From Seison nebaliae (taxonomy: Eukaryota), in contig JALJEE010002960.1 in assembly GCA_023231475.1 (NCBI GenBank), forward strand, positions 1-61,577: a DNA stretch of 61,577 bases, given 5' to 3'. Of the stretch, positions 58,761 through 61,577 are shown one piece after another. The notes beneath the pieces are model-generated. The model did not search any database, was not told the DNA's origin, and saw only the letters and a program-made list of their open reading frames with translations. The stretch's first letter is position 1, and each line of letters opens with the position of its first letter. The translations under genes and the position numbers were made by a program.

Positions 58761-61577
58761 AATACTTTGTCTAACTATATAATAATTCAGAATTTCTAAT
58801 GTTGTTCTCCAATTTTATACCACATTTTATAGTCGAACGGTTGTCTTAACAACCGAAAGTTTGCTCTCTACAAGTTTCGGGATATGCAATTTTTCCAATA
58901 TTATGATATAAACTCGGCAGTAATTCATATTCATATATATATCATATGTATGTATTCCTTTTCAGACTGTTATGATTATGGTGATTGTGGAATTAATGAT
59001 TATGGAACCGACTAAAGTTTCCGTTTAACTATTGGAGAATTTATTATTTTTATACTTACAATCGAGTTATTATAATTATACAATTAGGTTAATTATTCTT
59101 TAAATTGAATGTTGAAAAACAAATGGTTGTAGTTTTATTGTAATACGTTGAATAGAGGGACAGTAAAGAGCAAGAAATAAAAACTTTATCGGTTGAATTG
59201 TGCTTACGTTAGTTACAATAAAGTGAACGTATTCTTTTTTATTTTAATATCGATCCAGTAAAATTTAATTGGAATTTTGGGAAAATGGGAAACAAATTCA
59301 TTATTGCCATGCAAACATCAACATTGCAAATAGAAAAATGCTTATCCATTATTTAATGTGCGATTGAAATAATAATTTCGGTTCTTCAGACATTTGAAAA
59401 TTAACTTACATTTGTGATTTTGATGACGTGTATAAAAAAGAAAGATGAAGCATCATTATAGAATTATATTGTATATTATATCGTATACACAATTTGAGAG
59501 CTTCTCGTCTAGTTTTTTTGCACCTATTACTCAATTAATTATCCTCTTTCACTTGAGGATGCGCTATTGTTGACGTCAAACTTCAACATTTCCTCCTATG
59601 TTCCTGATTCTCTCAAAAATTACTTAGAAACAGGGAGGAGTTTGTTCCTTAATAACTCTTTTAAGGATTTATCTTTATTTCTTTATAATTTACCCCGCGG
59701 GGATTTGGTCTAATAATAAAAAAAAAAATATTCGACTATAAATAGAGAAAGGAACAGAATGAATTAATTTATTTATTCAATATGTAGTTTTCGTTAAATG
59801 AGTTCGATCGATATGTCAAGCCATTCGATTAAACAAAGCCTTGTGTCAAGCGAAACAAATTTTTGTTAGTCATGACAACATTTTTAATGCTCAAGTACAC
59901 TTTAAAGAATCTGACGGATGAAGTTTACACAAAAGCAAATATTATAAATCAATTCTTCTGAAAATTATTAATTCATTATCCTTCTCTCAACTAATTGAAT
60001 AGACATATTATATAAGCAGGGAAATTATCCGAAAGATTTTATTAGAAAGAAGTTATTTCTTTGACAAGTAAATTTCATGTAATTTTATGTGATTGATAAA
60101 ATTCCTAAATTTGTTTAATACTAACTAAAATGTGAGAAATGAAGATCAAAAGATGTAAAAGTTTTAACGATAATATAATAATCTTATTATATATAATAAG
60201 ATATCTTTCAATTATTTCAGAGATGGAATGTTATCAGCATTACCTATGGAAATATTAAACGTTCTTGGCCTATTTTTGGAAAGTGTCTGTGAATATGTGT
60301 TGTATTATATGTGTATAAAGTGACATAAAAAAGAAAAATTTTTAAATGAAATACAAAAACAGAAATTTACGATGTTGAAATATTTAAGATAAGAAATAAA
60401 AATTATTTTTAAAAATCGGAATATATTTGAAAACAATTTCTTCAGATTTGACGTACATTATCATACATGATTGAAATCCTGATTGGAAACGGCCCATTTG
60501 ATTATAAACAAATTTATAAACAATAATATTGATTAACTTCAGGTTGATACCTAAATGAAATTGGAGAAATTTATTTTTAGAAAAAGACTCCCAATATAAC
60601 TTCAAATAAAATAAGAAATGTTAATTCTTGCGCAATCCGAATGTTTCTTTGATAGGACAAATTTTATTGAAAGATGTGCAACGGCTTGACACATCTCTCT
60701 AAATTGATTACGAAAGTAAACAGTTATTGGAAGAAATATTGGATAAATTTCACTTTCTGATTTCTATATTTATACGAGCTTATATTCTTATTATTACACG
60801 TCATGCAAAATCAAATTTTTATATAGATAAAATAAAAGAGTCGTCAGCATACTACGTGCATGTAGTTGACACGTCATCCCTACACTAGAATTACGCGTTT
60901 AATTAAAATAATTTTTTTTATTTGTAGAGGATAAATCTCTAACAACTAAAATTATACTTATTTTAATTTCTTATTGCATATTTGAGATAACATTGGAGCT
61001 GATATTGCAAGTTACCAGGTAAAGTTGAAGAATAAATTTGATAGGGGAAATTGATTACCATTCTAATTTCTAAATATAATTATATTTTAATAAATTTATT
61101 TTCCCTAAAAAAATTTTTTTACCAATTTCTAAGATACAATTTCTTTATAATGTACTACATTTTACTTTTACATTACTATCCTATTAGTATTTACATTAAA
61201 TGAATATACACTACTTACATCGAAATTTTAAAATTTTGACAGCGAAAAGTGCTCAAGACTCTCCGGTTTTTTCCACACCACATTGTTAAAAAAACGTTCA
61301 AATGCTAATAGGGTACAATAAATGTGGAGTACAATTCAAGAATCCTCTGTTGAATCGATTACACATTTCTTGTCATTCATTCACCGTGTCATTATCATGC
61401 ATCAACCCATTTAATTTAAGTGTCCACAGTCTCATGAAGTTCACAGTTTTACACAAAATTTTTAAGCAAAATAAACAAAATTTTATTTGGAGAAATGAAA
61501 GGAAAATATAAATGAGAATTGAACAAATGGTTAAATTAAATTAAATTCGGTGAGTAGTTATCATCACTTAAGATTAT

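Noticed and set aside
59811..60694. Imperfect 15-bp inverted repeat (ATATGTCAAGCCATT / AACGGCTTGACACAT) as transposon ends
   Set aside because: Short, two mismatches, no target-site duplication and no transposase-like ORF.
1..61577. Alternative genetic code (stop reassignment) explaining the fragmented ORFs
   Set aside because: Fragmentation is explained by short introns, and TAA, TAG and TGA all terminate recognisable genes. Only the TGA at 53216-53218 looks recoded.
58800..61577. Genes in the final 2.8 kb (ORFs 60384-60605, 61302-61511, exon-like stretch near 60220-60320)
   Set aside because: No recognisable motifs or consistent exon chain.

Overview
AT-rich, very compact animal (invertebrate) nuclear DNA. 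The species cannot be determined from the sequence. The window holds about 25 protein genes, many split by tiny introns (about 36-100 nt), so the supplied ORF track fragments them or misses them. In order: cathepsin L 3' end, LRRC9 3' half, CCDC157, a C-type-lectin-like secreted protein, PNPLA6/7, a secreted PLAT-like protein, LRRC6/DNAAF11, BAIAP3/Munc13-4-like, an ABCA transporter, a foldback MITE, LASP, CFAP299, two quiver/Ly6-like genes, PPP1R42, a DZANK1-like/8-repeat annexin fusion, two identical tRNA-Ser(UGA), PIGA, a BICRA/GLTSCR1-domain Q/N-rich protein, BRAP, a small unrecognised gene, two RPLP1 paralogues, PSMB2, SAMTOR/BMT2, a PPR protein and a small Ly6/CD59-like gene. Two observations stand out. 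(1) A candidate new selenoprotein (minus strand 53224-52976): ATG-GTC-TGA followed by 79 open codons, with a type-2 SECIS-like hairpin in its 3' UTR. (2) Nearly every intron I could place starts with GTT rather than GTA/GTG, even where a canonical GTAAGA lies next to it. Family assignments come from motif recognition and recalled homologue sequences, not from database searches.
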